IMG/VR virus record: IMGVR_UViG_3300024297_000001 | Strand: one strand, 5' to 3' | Source: a virus | Taxonomy: Duplodnaviria > Caudoviricetes | Length of the DNA: 64,000 nucleotides | In this document: positions 49,869-60,893 of the stretch, piece by piece | How positions within the stretch are numbered: the first letter of the stretch is position 1 | How the letters are laid out: each line of letters starts with the position of its first letter | Position numbers and translations under genes: made by a program | Notes under the pieces: model-generated | Database searches by the model: none | What the model was told of the DNA's origin: nothing | Seen by the model: only the letters and a program-made list of their open reading frames with translations

Positions 49869-50553
49869 TTGTAAAGTTGAATGGTGGAGCGTTGTTCCTG
49901 GACTTACTAAAGTCGAACCAATTAAAGATGCAACAAAATTCATGCCTGAATGGTTCAAACATGCACCTAAGTACTTGACTGAGGACTTTGCAGACAAAGG
50001 CACTATCAAGAACTGTCCTGGTTTCATAGATTTATATAAAAATGCGTATGTTGTACCTATGTGGTGCGACTTTCACATCAAAGCAGACAATAAAAACTTT
50101 GCATGGCACTCAAGTAATGAAAACTTTACTATGAGCCTGCACACTGACAAGCAATTTTTAGAACATGCACCACAAAATGCCAAAGATGACTTTGTATGTG
50201 TTGCAAAAACTGATTGTCCTTGGCGTGTGCGTACAAGTCCTGGCTGGGCAATGATGCAATTACCAATGTTTTATGATTTTAACGAATATTTTACGTGTAT
50301 GCCTGGTATAACACACACGGAATGGAGCCATCAGATTAACCAACAACTGTTAATCAAAAAAGAAGGCGAATTTTTGCTTGAAAAAGGCACTCCATTAGCA
50401 ATGTACGTACCAATAAAGATTGCAAACCTTGAAACTACGGTACAAGATGAAGATGAAGAAAAATATCGTGCAAGTTTTGTAAGTAATCTAATATTTCAGA
50501 GTAAGTTTAAAGGTGCTTACAAGAAATTTAAAGAAGTATGGAGTAAAAAATGA
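49852..50553 (+). CDS. Hypothetical protein (PxWxK..KxCP family)
   Basis: MPEWFKH..TIKNCP..VVPMWCD. Paralog of 7285..7998. Confidence 0.7.
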   Translation: MANQTDCKVEWWSVVPGLTKVEPIKDATKFMPEWFKHAPKYLTEDFADKGTIKNCPGFIDLYKNAYVVPMWCDFHIKADNKNFAWHSSNENFTMSLHTDKQFLEHAPQNAKDDFVCVAKTDCPWRVRTSPGWAMMQLPMFYDFNEYFTCMPGITHTEWSHQINQQLLIKKEGEFLLEKGTPLAMYVPIKIANLETTVQDEDEEKYRASFVSNLIFQSKFKGAYKKFKEVWSKK

Positions 50554-50954
50554 GTAGACTTGAAGGTAAAGTAGAAAAGGGTTGGGGCTACGAACTAATA
50601 TGGGCAACAACTGACAAGTATTGTGGCAAACTTATGGTATTTGAAAAAGCAGGCAAGAAATTCTCAATGCATTTTCATAAAGAGAAGGACGAATCATGGT
50701 TTGTCAACTCAGGACGCTTCGAAGTTAAATGGATTGATACAAAAGACGCTGTGTTATACAGCAAAGAATTAAATCCTGGGGATACATGGCACAATCCACC
50801 ACTACAACCACACCAGTTAATTGCTCTTGAAGACAATAGTAGTATTAGTGAAGTTAGTACTGCTGATTCAGTGGAAGATAATTACAGAATTATACCTGGT
50901 GATAGCCAAAAAGAAGTAATTAAGAAAAATTCTCCGCCACCCACAATGCCTTAG
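50550..50954 (+). CDS. Cupin (sugar isomerase-like)
   Basis: KGWGYE..FSMHFHKEKDESW..PLQPH..EVST. Confidence 0.8.
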   Translation: MSRLEGKVEKGWGYELIWATTDKYCGKLMVFEKAGKKFSMHFHKEKDESWFVNSGRFEVKWIDTKDAVLYSKELNPGDTWHNPPLQPHQLIALEDNSSISEVSTADSVEDNYRIIPGDSQKEVIKKNSPPPTMP

Positions 50955-53900
50955 GCTTGTGCTTCAGACCATCTAAGAATAACGTTACCAGTAATTGCCG
51001 CACCCGACGTTTTATAAACGTTAATGGCTAACACGTCTGGTCCATTCGGGAATGTACCCCTACCACCCAATGTAGTATTTGTAAGTTCTTTAATAAATGC
51101 AAGATCCAGCGTTGATCTTTCTCCAGGTTGTGCAATGAATGAGAAGATTGTTTCTCCTGGTTGTGCATATGGTGGATTTCTAAATATAAACGTTACAGTG
51201 CCAGCGGCATTAATGGTTGTATTAGCGGACTGTGAGAAGTTAACCTTATAATAATAAGTTCCTGACGCTCCAAAACGTTCTTCTGTAATACTTGTTACCT
51301 GTGTACCTGATGGCCAGTTACTATCTGAAGCCGCAACCTCTGTACCTGGTGTAACTCCTGCAGTATCTAAACTTGATTTATCTAAGTATAAGAAGTTAGA
51401 GTTAACAAACGCATCACCTTGGTTGGATACTGTAAATGTAGTTGCAGTTCTGTTAATGTTTGCATTAGTATTATTACTAATTCTAATATAACCGTACTGT
51501 GATCCACTTGGAGCATATACCTGTGTTACTGTAGAGTTAGCAGGAATACTTGTACCTGTAATAGGTGCACCAAGAATATCGCTTGGATTATCAAATGCAT
51601 CGTCAATGTTTGGTGAAGGTCCGTTATTACTACGTGCAATAAAGATGTAATTTCTATTACTTCTATTGTTATAAATTGTACTTGATAATAATGTTGCTGT
51701 TTGTTCGTCTTCTACTGTAACTGCTGTTGTAGTTTCTTGTGTATCTGAAGACCAGTTAACAGAACCACCTGGTGCAATCTGTGCGAAACTTGGTTGTCCA
51801 CCTTGTGCAACACCTGAAATACCTGCCCAACCAATATCATTTGGATTCAATGGATAGTTTTGTGGATTAAGCACACCTTCAATAACAATACCACCTGTGT
51901 CTGAACCTGCTGGTTGATCCGTTGTAACCTCAAGTCCTTCAAGTAGCAACTGTGCTCTGTTTAAAAGTTCTCTTTCTCCTAAGTCACCAACAAGTGCGTT
52001 ACTAACACTTGGTGCCAATCTAATCAAGAAAGATGTATATCTTGTAGTACTAATACTAACACCTGTCGCTTTGTAACTGAATAAGTATCCTCTATCACTG
52101 TCAAATCCACCGTCTGTAATAAACGCTGATCCCCAGTGTGATATGTTTGGACTAATTGTATTACTTACTAACACAACTCCTGTGTTTCTATCGTGTGTTG
52201 CCGCCACTCCGCCAGTGTATGTTCTTGTTGCACCTGATGCAAAGTTTGTCATCGGTGAACTTCTTGTACAACCTGTTAAATTTTTACCATCAACACCTGT
52301 GAAACGTATCATCTCAGCATCAATGTAAACAATACCACCTTCGGGTGGGAAGAACGAAGCGTCTTGTAATGGTATAATAGTTTGTGAATCTGTAATATCA
52401 CTTGCTAATTTACCACTTGGACCTTCGTTTGTAATTTCATAACGTACAGGCATGTTACCTGTTCTCATAAATGCTTCTGTGTTAACGTTACTGTTACGCA
52501 TTCTGTGACAGAATACAAAGTTACCATCAGCACCACGTAGCATGTAGTCAATAAAACCAGCACCATACCATGAATACTGTATACCTACCATCTGCATTTT
52601 TGATATATCTAAGTTGTATCCACTTGGACCAGTACCGTCCATTCTATCTCTGTTAAAATCTTTCTGTTCTGTTTTCTTATCTTTAACTAAACAAATCTTA
52701 CTTGCTTGTACATCAGTAACACCTCTAAAGTCTGGTGTTAGATACATTGTTGTATTGTTAACAACCTGTGATACAACGTGTGTCATACCTTTTAACACAA
52801 TTCTATCACCTGCTTTTAATTGTTCTCTAAATCTTGTGTTAGTACCTGTACATGTGTTTGAGTCAACATTAATATTAACTGTACCTGCTAACTGTAATGT
52901 TGCAGTTCTTTGTACAGCACTAAATTGTGTTCCATCATATTCAAAGAAAATACCGTTCTGATCATCAAATGCTCCTGAACGTACAGTTGCACCGTGGAAC
53001 TTGTTAACCGATACTTGACATTCTGATGTAAGTTCTGGTGTTGTACTTCCTAATGCACCTTGTGCAACAATCTCAAATGTATTTTCATCGTTGATATCTG
53101 TAACTGTATATGTGCCATTATAGCCTACAGTCTTAACACCAATGATTCTAACCACACCACCAATTTGTAATCCGTGTTCTGTTTCGTCAGTTGTTACTGT
53201 AATAATTGCACCTTGAGCAGTACTTGCCGATGTAATATTAAGAATGTTATAACTTGGAGCAAACAAAGCACCCGTTGTATACATAATACCCTTACCTGAC
53301 TGGTATCTAATATACTTTTTACTCTGTCTAATTGCTTGTGACCCGTGTTGTGGTCCACCTGTTCCTAACTGCACACCACCATCATATGGTCTGTGTATAA
53401 AGAACGAATCTGGTCTTGGATAAACGTTACCAATAATAGGTTCATCATTGTTAGTACCTGTATCAATGTTTCCTGGTGATCTACATTGGTATTCAAGTTG
53501 TGTTAAACTTGGAACTGCTGTAGCACTAAATGGTCCTGATGCAAGTTCATGATTGTTTACACCATCGCCTGATGTTGTTGTAACTGCAAAAGAGTTACCT
53601 GGAACAAGTCCATGTGGTGTTTGGAATGTAATTCTAATACTTGCTAATGCACTGTAAGTAACAACACTTGAGCCTGCAATAGGTGCTGTTGTTTCTTCTG
53701 ACATTGTAACAGAACTGTAAGTGTTTAATGTTTCACCTGAAACTGCTGTACCACTAACATTAATACCAACAAAGTCACCTTCTGTTGATTCTTGTGTACA
53801 ACGTAATGTTAAATCGTTTGTAGGAGTAGCGCCACCAAGTTGATCACCTGGAATAATAATTCTGTTACCTACTTCATAACTTGATCCGTCATCAGTTGCA

Positions 53901-56900
53901 ACAACAAGACTGTATGTTCCGCCACTTCTTGTAACTGTAAAGATTGCACCCGAACCTGAATTGTTTTGATTATTACCTTGGATTGCTGTTACACTGCCAC
54001 TTCCTGTAGCACCTGTACCAGTAAATGAAACTCCTGTAATTCCTCCACCTGAGTCAACACTTGTAATAGTAATTGTTAAATCGTTTGTTGGACTTGCACC
54101 ACTTAAATTAGTTCCGTTGATTACAATCTCTTGATCAACACCGTAATTAAATCCTGCACTGTCAATACTAACTGTGTAAGTACCACCTGCTAATCCAATT
54201 TGGAATTGTACACCGTTACCAACTACTCTTTGAATGTTAATTACGTTTGGATAAGATTTAGTATTAACTGCTGTACCTGAAATACTTGTTCCTGTAATAG
54301 CACCGTTAACATCAACTGATGAAATTGTAATTGTTAAATTGTTTACACCGTCAGTACCACCTAACTCTGAACCAAGTATTGTAAAGTTCTCTGCCGCCAA
54401 GTAACCTGAACCTGCGTTAGTAACAGTAATTGAATAAACTGTACCAATTCTCTGTACGTTAAACGAAGCATCAACACCGTTAACTGTTGTAGAAGTGTTT
54501 GCAGGATTACTGTAAGTTACATCTGCGTCAACTGCTGTACCTGTTGCACTTACACTTGTAATTGATCCGCCAGCACCAATACCAGTAACTGTCATAACAC
54601 AATCGTTTGTACTATCAGCGCCACCTAAATCGAAACCACTAATTTTAATTACATCACCAACAGTATAACCTGTTGATGTATCTGGTGATGCCATTGAAAC
54701 TGTATAAGCATTATTAGTGTATACAACATCAAAATTACCATCACTACCAAGTCCGCCTGATAAGTTACCTTCTTGATTAAAGAATGTACCATTACCATCA
54801 AAGCCTACACCTGATTCTGTAAATGTTAATACTTCTCCAAGAGTGTCAACAGTATCAATAAGAATTGTTAAATCGTTTGCACCGTCAGCACCTCCAAGTT
54901 GTTGTCCACCAATTTGTATTCTATCACCAACTTTATAATCTGTACCAGCGGCGTTTAGTGCTGTTGTATATACACCAGATGTTCTTGTAACATCAAAACT
55001 TGCACCGTTACCAATTGAAGTATCATTATTACCAGTAACTCCTACATAGTTTACTGTGTTACCAACAAGAATTCTTGTTGTTGCTTCTGATAATGTTAAA
55101 TCATTACCTGCAACATTTGTTACGAAAGTTGCTGTACCATCACCTCTATCAAGACCAGCACCAACTTCAACTGCTGTAGCATCTTCAACTGTAATTTGTG
55201 TTGAACCTTGTGCTATATCTGATGTCAATACAGGTGTATCAATTATTGATCCTGTACCTGTTACACCAGTAACCTGAGAACCTAATGGTATACCGCCTGG
55301 TACTGCTACAAGTGGAGCACCAAGTGCCGGTACTGCACCAGTAAATGTAATTCTGTCTGCTCCGGTTGCCGCCGCCAATGGCATAGTAAATGATCCTGAT
55401 GAACCTTGTGTAGTAACTTCGAATGTTGGAGTGTCACCCTGAATACTTGCACCTGTGTAAAATGCCGCTTGTCTTAAAATTGTATAGAACGTTACAAGTG
55501 ATGTACCTGCTGATATTCCAACTTTAGCCTTTGCGTAATATGTAAAAGTTGTATTATCAACAACACTGTTAATAATAAATGTACCTTCAGCACGACCGTT
55601 ACCTGCAACCTCTCCTGCTAAACCTCTAATAGTAATTGGATTACCTTCTTCAAATCCATGTGGTGCAGTTGTTGTTACAGTAATTAAGGATTGACCAACT
55701 CCGCTACTGCCTGATGATGCATCAGTAGTAACACCTGCAACCCCTGTATCAGTGCCTGGTACTTCGTATGTTGATGGATAACCACGCATTGTACCAATCG
55801 CTTGCCACTTGGTAGGCTGTAGTCCGTACTCAAAGTCAGCGTCAAGCATTGATAGAGCGTTTGCAACTCTGTGTCTTTCAATTGCGTCAGTACCAAAGTC
55901 ATATGGTCTAACTTTTAAGTCACCTTGATCAACAAAAATTTGTAATGTATCTGTGTCTGACCATACAGTAACTTTTTCTTCTGATGGTAAAACTGAAAGT
56001 CCACCTGTAATTACATCTGTAAGTATTTTTGCTAATTCTGTAACACGATCCTGAGCACCTAATTCGCTTGCCGCACCTAAGAAATATTGTGTAGTTTCCG
56101 GAGTACCTGTTTGTTTAGTTGGATATACTGTTTTAGGTAAGATGTAATTGTTAATTAAATCTCGCATAAAGTTTTTCGCGGCAATTTCTTGCTCACGTGT
56201 ACCGTCAATCTGTGGTGTAGGACCTACCCAATATTTTGATGCTGTATCTCTTACATATTCATTACCACCGTAACGTAAATCTTTTAACATTGCATCAATG
56301 TTATATCCTGTATCTCTTTCACACTTAGGTGAATTGTAAGTATAACCGTCCCATATACTTCCTGCTGTTGCGTTAGTAACGTTATCTACAATCCAAGCAC
56401 GTACTTCGTCTTTAATAAATTCTTTGTTGTTTAAAATTAATGCTCTTGAACCTGTAAGGAATTCTGTGTTTGTTGTATCAGTATCAAATAATACTTGTGT
56501 AATTGTATCAGTATTTTCAAGAAACTTTTGAAAGTAAAAGTATGTTGGTGTAAATTCTACTGACTCATATGCATATCTTACTCCTGCGCCTTTACCTGGA
56601 TCACTAAAATTAAATAGAACCTGGTTAACAGTTGTATCAGTAATTAGTAGTAAATTATCTTGTGTAACTTTTGTTGGAAAAATTGCTCTACTAATTTCCG
56701 CTCTATGAAAGTCTGGCATTGCATCAAGACCTGAAACAATAACAGTACCAATAGTATCAACAAGTACTTTTTTTACCTGTGCCGCCGCTGTTGATTCAGA
56801 AACGTATTCATCATTTTTATATTGATAAGTTACTGCTGGTGATTGTTTAGTTGTGTAATCAGTATTTGTTAAAATGTAGTTGTTAATAATATCAACACAC

Positions 56901-57565
56901 TTTGCCTTTGCCGCTTTCTCTGGCAACCTATCGCCGTCAATTTGTGGTAATGCTCCATCCCAATATGTTGAAGCAAGATAACGTGCTTGTTCGTTACCGT
57001 TGTATCTTAAATCGTGTAATAATCCGCCTGGTTGATCTTGTACAGGATTATAAGTGTCACCACCAATAAGGTTGTAACCCATATCTCTTTCACACTTGTC
57101 ATCACTGTCATTTGTGTAACCATACATCACACTCTTTGTACCATCTGCTGATGCACTTTGGAATGCGTGTGCTAATTGATTTGTACTTGTACCTGCGTTA
57201 ATTGTAATTGTGTTTGCATCTGGAACAGCATCAACTTTAATGATATCAGGAGTAGTTGAATGAGGAATTGCTTGTTGATCAAAAGTAATTGCACCTGCTT
57301 CAAACTTAATATAGTCACCTACTTGATAAGGGTGACCTGTAATAGTAAGTGTCATTACACCTGTTGTAGGTTCGTAAGTTGCACTTGTTGGTGTATGAAC
57401 ACCTGCTGTTACTTGTCTTGTAATTGCATCGTTAATCCAAGCACGAGTTTCGTCTTTTAGAAACTCAACGTTTTGTTGGATTAGGTAGTAAGCATTCGGG
57501 TGATAGTTTCCACTAATAGGAATTCCTGTATGGAAAATATAATCATTAATTTTAGTCTTTGCCAT
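50951..57565 (-). CDS. Giant tail-fibre/baseplate-like structural protein
   Basis: 2204 aa, Gly/Thr-rich, with internal repeats; lies in the late structural context. Confidence 0.75.
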   Translation of the reverse strand: MAKTKINDYIFHTGIPISGNYHPNAYYLIQQNVEFLKDETRAWINDAITRQVTAGVHTPTSATYEPTTGVMTLTITGHPYQVGDYIKFEAGAITFDQQAIPHSTTPDIIKVDAVPDANTITINAGTSTNQLAHAFQSASADGTKSVMYGYTNDSDDKCERDMGYNLIGGDTYNPVQDQPGGLLHDLRYNGNEQARYLASTYWDGALPQIDGDRLPEKAAKAKCVDIINNYILTNTDYTTKQSPAVTYQYKNDEYVSESTAAAQVKKVLVDTIGTVIVSGLDAMPDFHRAEISRAIFPTKVTQDNLLLITDTTVNQVLFNFSDPGKGAGVRYAYESVEFTPTYFYFQKFLENTDTITQVLFDTDTTNTEFLTGSRALILNNKEFIKDEVRAWIVDNVTNATAGSIWDGYTYNSPKCERDTGYNIDAMLKDLRYGGNEYVRDTASKYWVGPTPQIDGTREQEIAAKNFMRDLINNYILPKTVYPTKQTGTPETTQYFLGAASELGAQDRVTELAKILTDVITGGLSVLPSEEKVTVWSDTDTLQIFVDQGDLKVRPYDFGTDAIERHRVANALSMLDADFEYGLQPTKWQAIGTMRGYPSTYEVPGTDTGVAGVTTDASSGSSGVGQSLITVTTTAPHGFEEGNPITIRGLAGEVAGNGRAEGTFIINSVVDNTTFTYYAKAKVGISAGTSLVTFYTILRQAAFYTGASIQGDTPTFEVTTQGSSGSFTMPLAAATGADRITFTGAVPALGAPLVAVPGGIPLGSQVTGVTGTGSIIDTPVLTSDIAQGSTQITVEDATAVEVGAGLDRGDGTATFVTNVAGNDLTLSEATTRILVGNTVNYVGVTGNNDTSIGNGASFDVTRTSGVYTTALNAAGTDYKVGDRIQIGGQQLGGADGANDLTILIDTVDTLGEVLTFTESGVGFDGNGTFFNQEGNLSGGLGSDGNFDVVYTNNAYTVSMASPDTSTGYTVGDVIKISGFDLGGADSTNDCVMTVTGIGAGGSITSVSATGTAVDADVTYSNPANTSTTVNGVDASFNVQRIGTVYSITVTNAGSGYLAAENFTILGSELGGTDGVNNLTITISSVDVNGAITGTSISGTAVNTKSYPNVINIQRVVGNGVQFQIGLAGGTYTVSIDSAGFNYGVDQEIVINGTNLSGASPTNDLTITITSVDSGGGITGVSFTGTGATGSGSVTAIQGNNQNNSGSGAIFTVTRSGGTYSLVVATDDGSSYEVGNRIIIPGDQLGGATPTNDLTLRCTQESTEGDFVGINVSGTAVSGETLNTYSSVTMSEETTAPIAGSSVVTYSALASIRITFQTPHGLVPGNSFAVTTTSGDGVNNHELASGPFSATAVPSLTQLEYQCRSPGNIDTGTNNDEPIIGNVYPRPDSFFIHRPYDGGVQLGTGGPQHGSQAIRQSKKYIRYQSGKGIMYTTGALFAPSYNILNITSASTAQGAIITVTTDETEHGLQIGGVVRIIGVKTVGYNGTYTVTDINDENTFEIVAQGALGSTTPELTSECQVSVNKFHGATVRSGAFDDQNGIFFEYDGTQFSAVQRTATLQLAGTVNINVDSNTCTGTNTRFREQLKAGDRIVLKGMTHVVSQVVNNTTMYLTPDFRGVTDVQASKICLVKDKKTEQKDFNRDRMDGTGPSGYNLDISKMQMVGIQYSWYGAGFIDYMLRGADGNFVFCHRMRNSNVNTEAFMRTGNMPVRYEITNEGPSGKLASDITDSQTIIPLQDASFFPPEGGIVYIDAEMIRFTGVDGKNLTGCTRSSPMTNFASGATRTYTGGVAATHDRNTGVVLVSNTISPNISHWGSAFITDGGFDSDRGYLFSYKATGVSISTTRYTSFLIRLAPSVSNALVGDLGERELLNRAQLLLEGLEVTTDQPAGSDTGGIVIEGVLNPQNYPLNPNDIGWAGISGVAQGGQPSFAQIAPGGSVNWSSDTQETTTAVTVEDEQTATLLSSTIYNNRSNRNYIFIARSNNGPSPNIDDAFDNPSDILGAPITGTSIPANSTVTQVYAPSGSQYGYIRISNNTNANINRTATTFTVSNQGDAFVNSNFLYLDKSSLDTAGVTPGTEVAASDSNWPSGTQVTSITEERFGASGTYYYKVNFSQSANTTINAAGTVTFIFRNPPYAQPGETIFSFIAQPGERSTLDLAFIKELTNTTLGGRGTFPNGPDVLAINVYKTSGAAITGNVILRWSEAQA
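53790..55030 (-). repeat. About five degenerate protein repeats, GxxYxVGDxIxIxGxxLGGxxxxNDLT
   Basis: Read from the translation: GTDYKVGDRIQIGG, STGYTVGDVIKISG, GSGYLAAENFTILG, GFNYGVDQEIVING, GSSYEVGNRIIIPG. Boundaries are approximate. Confidence 0.75.
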
Positions 57566-57570
57566 TTACG

Positions 57571-58605
57571 TTAAACTCCTAATGCAATAGCCAACGCTGT
57601 TGCTGTACTATCTACGTATGCTTTGTTTGTCAATTCTTTTTCAGTCACCGGTCTTTGTTGTCCTATTGCTTTTGTGAACGTTGCGTCCGCAGGAGTTACA
57701 TTTCCTATTACAGTACTATTTAACCCATTTGAGGCATTCAACGCTAAGAACGAACCATCTCTTGCAGTAGTTTGTCCTATCGACATGTTATTTATTGATC
57801 CTATACCACCTGTATCTAATGTTAATACTCCTGTTCCGCTTGGTGTAATTGTAACATTATCATCAACTGGACTTAATGTTACTGTATCTGTAGCAGTCAA
57901 CGTCAATGCATTTACATACATATTGCTCATTGTACCCTGTCCTACAGGGTTAATTATTACACTACCATATGCACCTTGTGGAGCAATCTGAATTTCTGCA
58001 TCTTGACCTGTAAATGTAACATCACCGATAACATTTAAACTACTAAATGCACCCACACCTGTAATGGTTGGATCTGATGTAGTTATAGTTCCGTAAATAG
58101 TACCGTCACCAGTAGCGTAATATAATGTCTCTGGTGCAAGTGCTGGAACCTTAAATGTTACAACCCCATTGGATTTACCTTGTGCTTGTAATTCTGTTAG
58201 TGTTTCATTGGTGTTTGGATCTACATAACTTAAACCATCGCTATAAAATATAACAGGAACAAGATTAATTAATGTTGCTGATTGTGCAGTTGGATCAACA
58301 TAAAAAATATTAAAAGTTAAGAAAGGAAAGTTTGCTAAATCAAATGAATACGTTGTACCTCTTACTAAACTAAATGAAGGGTTTTCCGCTGGAATTTGTG
58401 TACCTGTGTTGTATGTTGTATTCTCAATAAATGCAGATGAATTACCTTCACCTGACTGTCTCATGTAGAATCTATTTTCAACAATTTCTTCTTCTACAAC
58501 AGAATATGTTAGACTTTTAAGTGTAACGTTACCTTCAGCATCAACACTAAATCCAGGACTCTTAAATCCGTGTTCTGCTTCTAACGGTATGTAGTTTACA
58601 GCCAT
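57571..58605 (-). CDS. Tail-associated structural protein
   Basis: GFKSPGFSV, a cupredoxin-like FKVPALAPETLYY segment and a C-terminal NKAYVD. Confidence 0.65.
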   Translation of the reverse strand: MAVNYIPLEAEHGFKSPGFSVDAEGNVTLKSLTYSVVEEEIVENRFYMRQSGEGNSSAFIENTTYNTGTQIPAENPSFSLVRGTTYSFDLANFPFLTFNIFYVDPTAQSATLINLVPVIFYSDGLSYVDPNTNETLTELQAQGKSNGVVTFKVPALAPETLYYATGDGTIYGTITTSDPTITGVGAFSSLNVIGDVTFTGQDAEIQIAPQGAYGSVIINPVGQGTMSNMYVNALTLTATDTVTLSPVDDNVTITPSGTGVLTLDTGGIGSINNMSIGQTTARDGSFLALNASNGLNSTVIGNVTPADATFTKAIGQQRPVTEKELTNKAYVDSTATALAIALGV

Positions 58606-58620
58606 ACTATATTCTCCTCA

Positions 58621-59040
58621 TTATGCAGGTACCAATACGTTTTGTGTTTGATAATAGTTTGCACTGAATACACATTTTGCACCACGTCCTGGTGCTGAAT
58701 CATCTAATGGTTTTGCATTAACAATAATGTTTACGTAACTGTCATTAACTGTAGCAGTTACATCAAGAATTTGATTTCCTAAGTTGCTACGTCCATATAC
58801 AACTAATTCTGCTGTGCTTGGACCAGCAACTACTAAACACTTAACAATCTCTTTTTGAAATGTGCTTAGATCAGCAACAATAGTGTATTCTGCCGCACAA
58901 AAATCACCTACAAGCCATCTGTCAAGCAGTGTATCTTCTGTGATTTTCTTCCATGGTCCGTGATAACTTAAATTAGTACCGTTTTTCATTAGTACTGTGT
59001 TCTTTAAGCCTTTACCGAAAAATTTACCAATATCAAACAT
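58621..59040 (-). CDS. Hypothetical structural protein
   Basis: 139 aa with TAAATA and an SD upstream. Confidence 0.6.
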   Translation of the reverse strand: MFDIGKFFGKGLKNTVLMKNGTNLSYHGPWKKITEDTLLDRWLVGDFCAAEYTIVADLSTFQKEIVKCLVVAGPSTAELVVYGRSNLGNQILDVTATVNDSYVNIIVNAKPLDDSAPGRGAKCVFSANYYQTQNVLVPA

Positions 59041-59077
59041 AATAGTCCTCTTTAGTATATTTATCGCTTAAGAAGAT

Positions 59078-60892
59078 TTAATTTTTGACTGTAATAAGTT
59101 TAGAATATTCGGGCAAATATAGGTATTCTACGTCGGATTTAGCAAGTGTACGTACAGCATCATCCAATGTTTCAACTAAAGGTTCACCACCTAAATTAAA
59201 ACTTGTGTTAAACACCATAGGAACACCTGTTTTTTCTTTAAATGCTTTAATTAAATTGTAGTAGTTTTTGTTCTGCTTTTCGTTCACCGTTTGTATACGA
59301 CAAGTTCCGTCTACGTGTATAATAGCAGGAATCTTTTGTTCAATGCCTGGTTGACAGTTTACAGCATACATCATTGTAGGTGAACTTTTCATACCGCGTA
59401 AGTCAAACCATTCATGTACATCTTCTTCAAGAATAGTTCCAGCAAATGGTCTGAAATATTCTCTGCGTTTTACTTTGTTTACATGATCCTTACCATCTGG
59501 ATCTGTTGGATCATATAAGAAACTTCTATTACCTAAAGCACGTGGACCGTTCTCACTTTGACCTTGGAATACAGCAACAATATTCTTATCAGAGATTAAA
59601 TCAACAATATATCCATCTGAAGTATCAAATACTTCTGCTTCATGCTTCTCTGCTATAATGCTAATTTCTTCGTCAGTATAATGATAATGTGGTCCGTTGT
59701 ATAATGTATCAACTGCTTCGTGTCTACTGCTGTCATTTGTAATAAGTCTATGCTGAATCATTGCCGCACCCATTGCCGTACCAGCGTCATTACTAACAGG
59801 CTCAACATATAAATTAATGCCTTCGTCTTTTAGTTCTTCTAAGTACCAATAATTTGCAACACAGTTTAATCCATAACCACCACTAAGAACAATATTCTTA
59901 TTACCAGTCATCTTAACTGCTTTTCTAATTAAGTCAGCAACTTGTTTTTGCGTTTGTGTTTGCACAGCATACGCCATGTCTCTTCTGTTATCTAATTTTG
60001 TAACATCTTCTTCTTGACCTTGACGGTCTCTTGTTTCTTCAATAAAGTTTTTATTAACATAAGCACCATTAGGGTATGTTGGAATAATTACATTTCTATT
60101 TGATAACGGATTTGTTAAATCTTCTGTAAACAATTTAGGAATATTATTGTTTTCTTTACCATATGGAAATAGTCCCATAGTTTTACCTGCTTCAATAAAA
60201 CTAAAGCCACAGTATTCAGTTACTGCTTCATATGTTTTTACAATACCTGCTGTTTCACTAATAACAATTTCAGGTATAGTTCCGTCACCTTCACCGAAAA
60301 AGTCTGCGTTAAACTTTGGATATTCAGCACCAACAAGTGGACCATAAGTACCTAAATGTTTGTACACTGTTTTAATAGTTGCAGGATATTCACAAGTGTA
60401 AATGCTTTCTGTTTCCCAAAGTGTAGTTGGATTGTTAGGATCACCGCCCATGTTTGCAGTAAAGAAAGTTCCAGCACCATCTACGATAACTGCTGTTGCA
60501 GTATCAAATCCTGAATTATAAAAACTTAATCCAGCATGTAGTTTGTGATGAAAATAACTTAGGTCAATTACTTGTGGGTGTTTAGGAAGTAACTTAGGAT
60601 CTCTATCAATAAGTCCTAACTTACGTGCAATACCTGTATAAACATCGTCTCCTGTAAAGTCAACTTGACCTGCTGTTGCTTCTAAACTTTGTGTATGTGC
60701 AATACAAATATAATCTAACTTGTCAGTATAATCAAGTATTTTCATCATAGATGCATACGGACCTCCGTCATACTTGTGTCTACTTAAACGTTCTTCTTCA
60801 ATAGAAAATACTACTTCTCCGTCTTGAAGTAAACATACTCCTCCGTTATGTCCTCTGGCTATTCCTGCTATCCACAATGTTGGTTTCTTCAT
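59078..60892 (-). CDS. Carbamoyltransferase (NodU/CmcH family)
   Basis: GHNGG, EEERLSRHK, HHKLHA, DGAG, GKTMGL, GGYGLNC, GPRALGNRS, RPFAG and NTSFN. Confidence 0.95.
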   Translation of the reverse strand: MKKPTLWIAGIARGHNGGVCLLQDGEVVFSIEEERLSRHKYDGGPYASMMKILDYTDKLDYICIAHTQSLEATAGQVDFTGDDVYTGIARKLGLIDRDPKLLPKHPQVIDLSYFHHKLHAGLSFYNSGFDTATAVIVDGAGTFFTANMGGDPNNPTTLWETESIYTCEYPATIKTVYKHLGTYGPLVGAEYPKFNADFFGEGDGTIPEIVISETAGIVKTYEAVTEYCGFSFIEAGKTMGLFPYGKENNNIPKLFTEDLTNPLSNRNVIIPTYPNGAYVNKNFIEETRDRQGQEEDVTKLDNRRDMAYAVQTQTQKQVADLIRKAVKMTGNKNIVLSGGYGLNCVANYWYLEELKDEGINLYVEPVSNDAGTAMGAAMIQHRLITNDSSRHEAVDTLYNGPHYHYTDEEISIIAEKHEAEVFDTSDGYIVDLISDKNIVAVFQGQSENGPRALGNRSFLYDPTDPDGKDHVNKVKRREYFRPFAGTILEEDVHEWFDLRGMKSSPTMMYAVNCQPGIEQKIPAIIHVDGTCRIQTVNEKQNKNYYNLIKAFKEKTGVPMVFNTSFNLGGEPLVETLDDAVRTLAKSDVEYLYLPEYSKLITVKN

Positions 60893-60893
60893 A

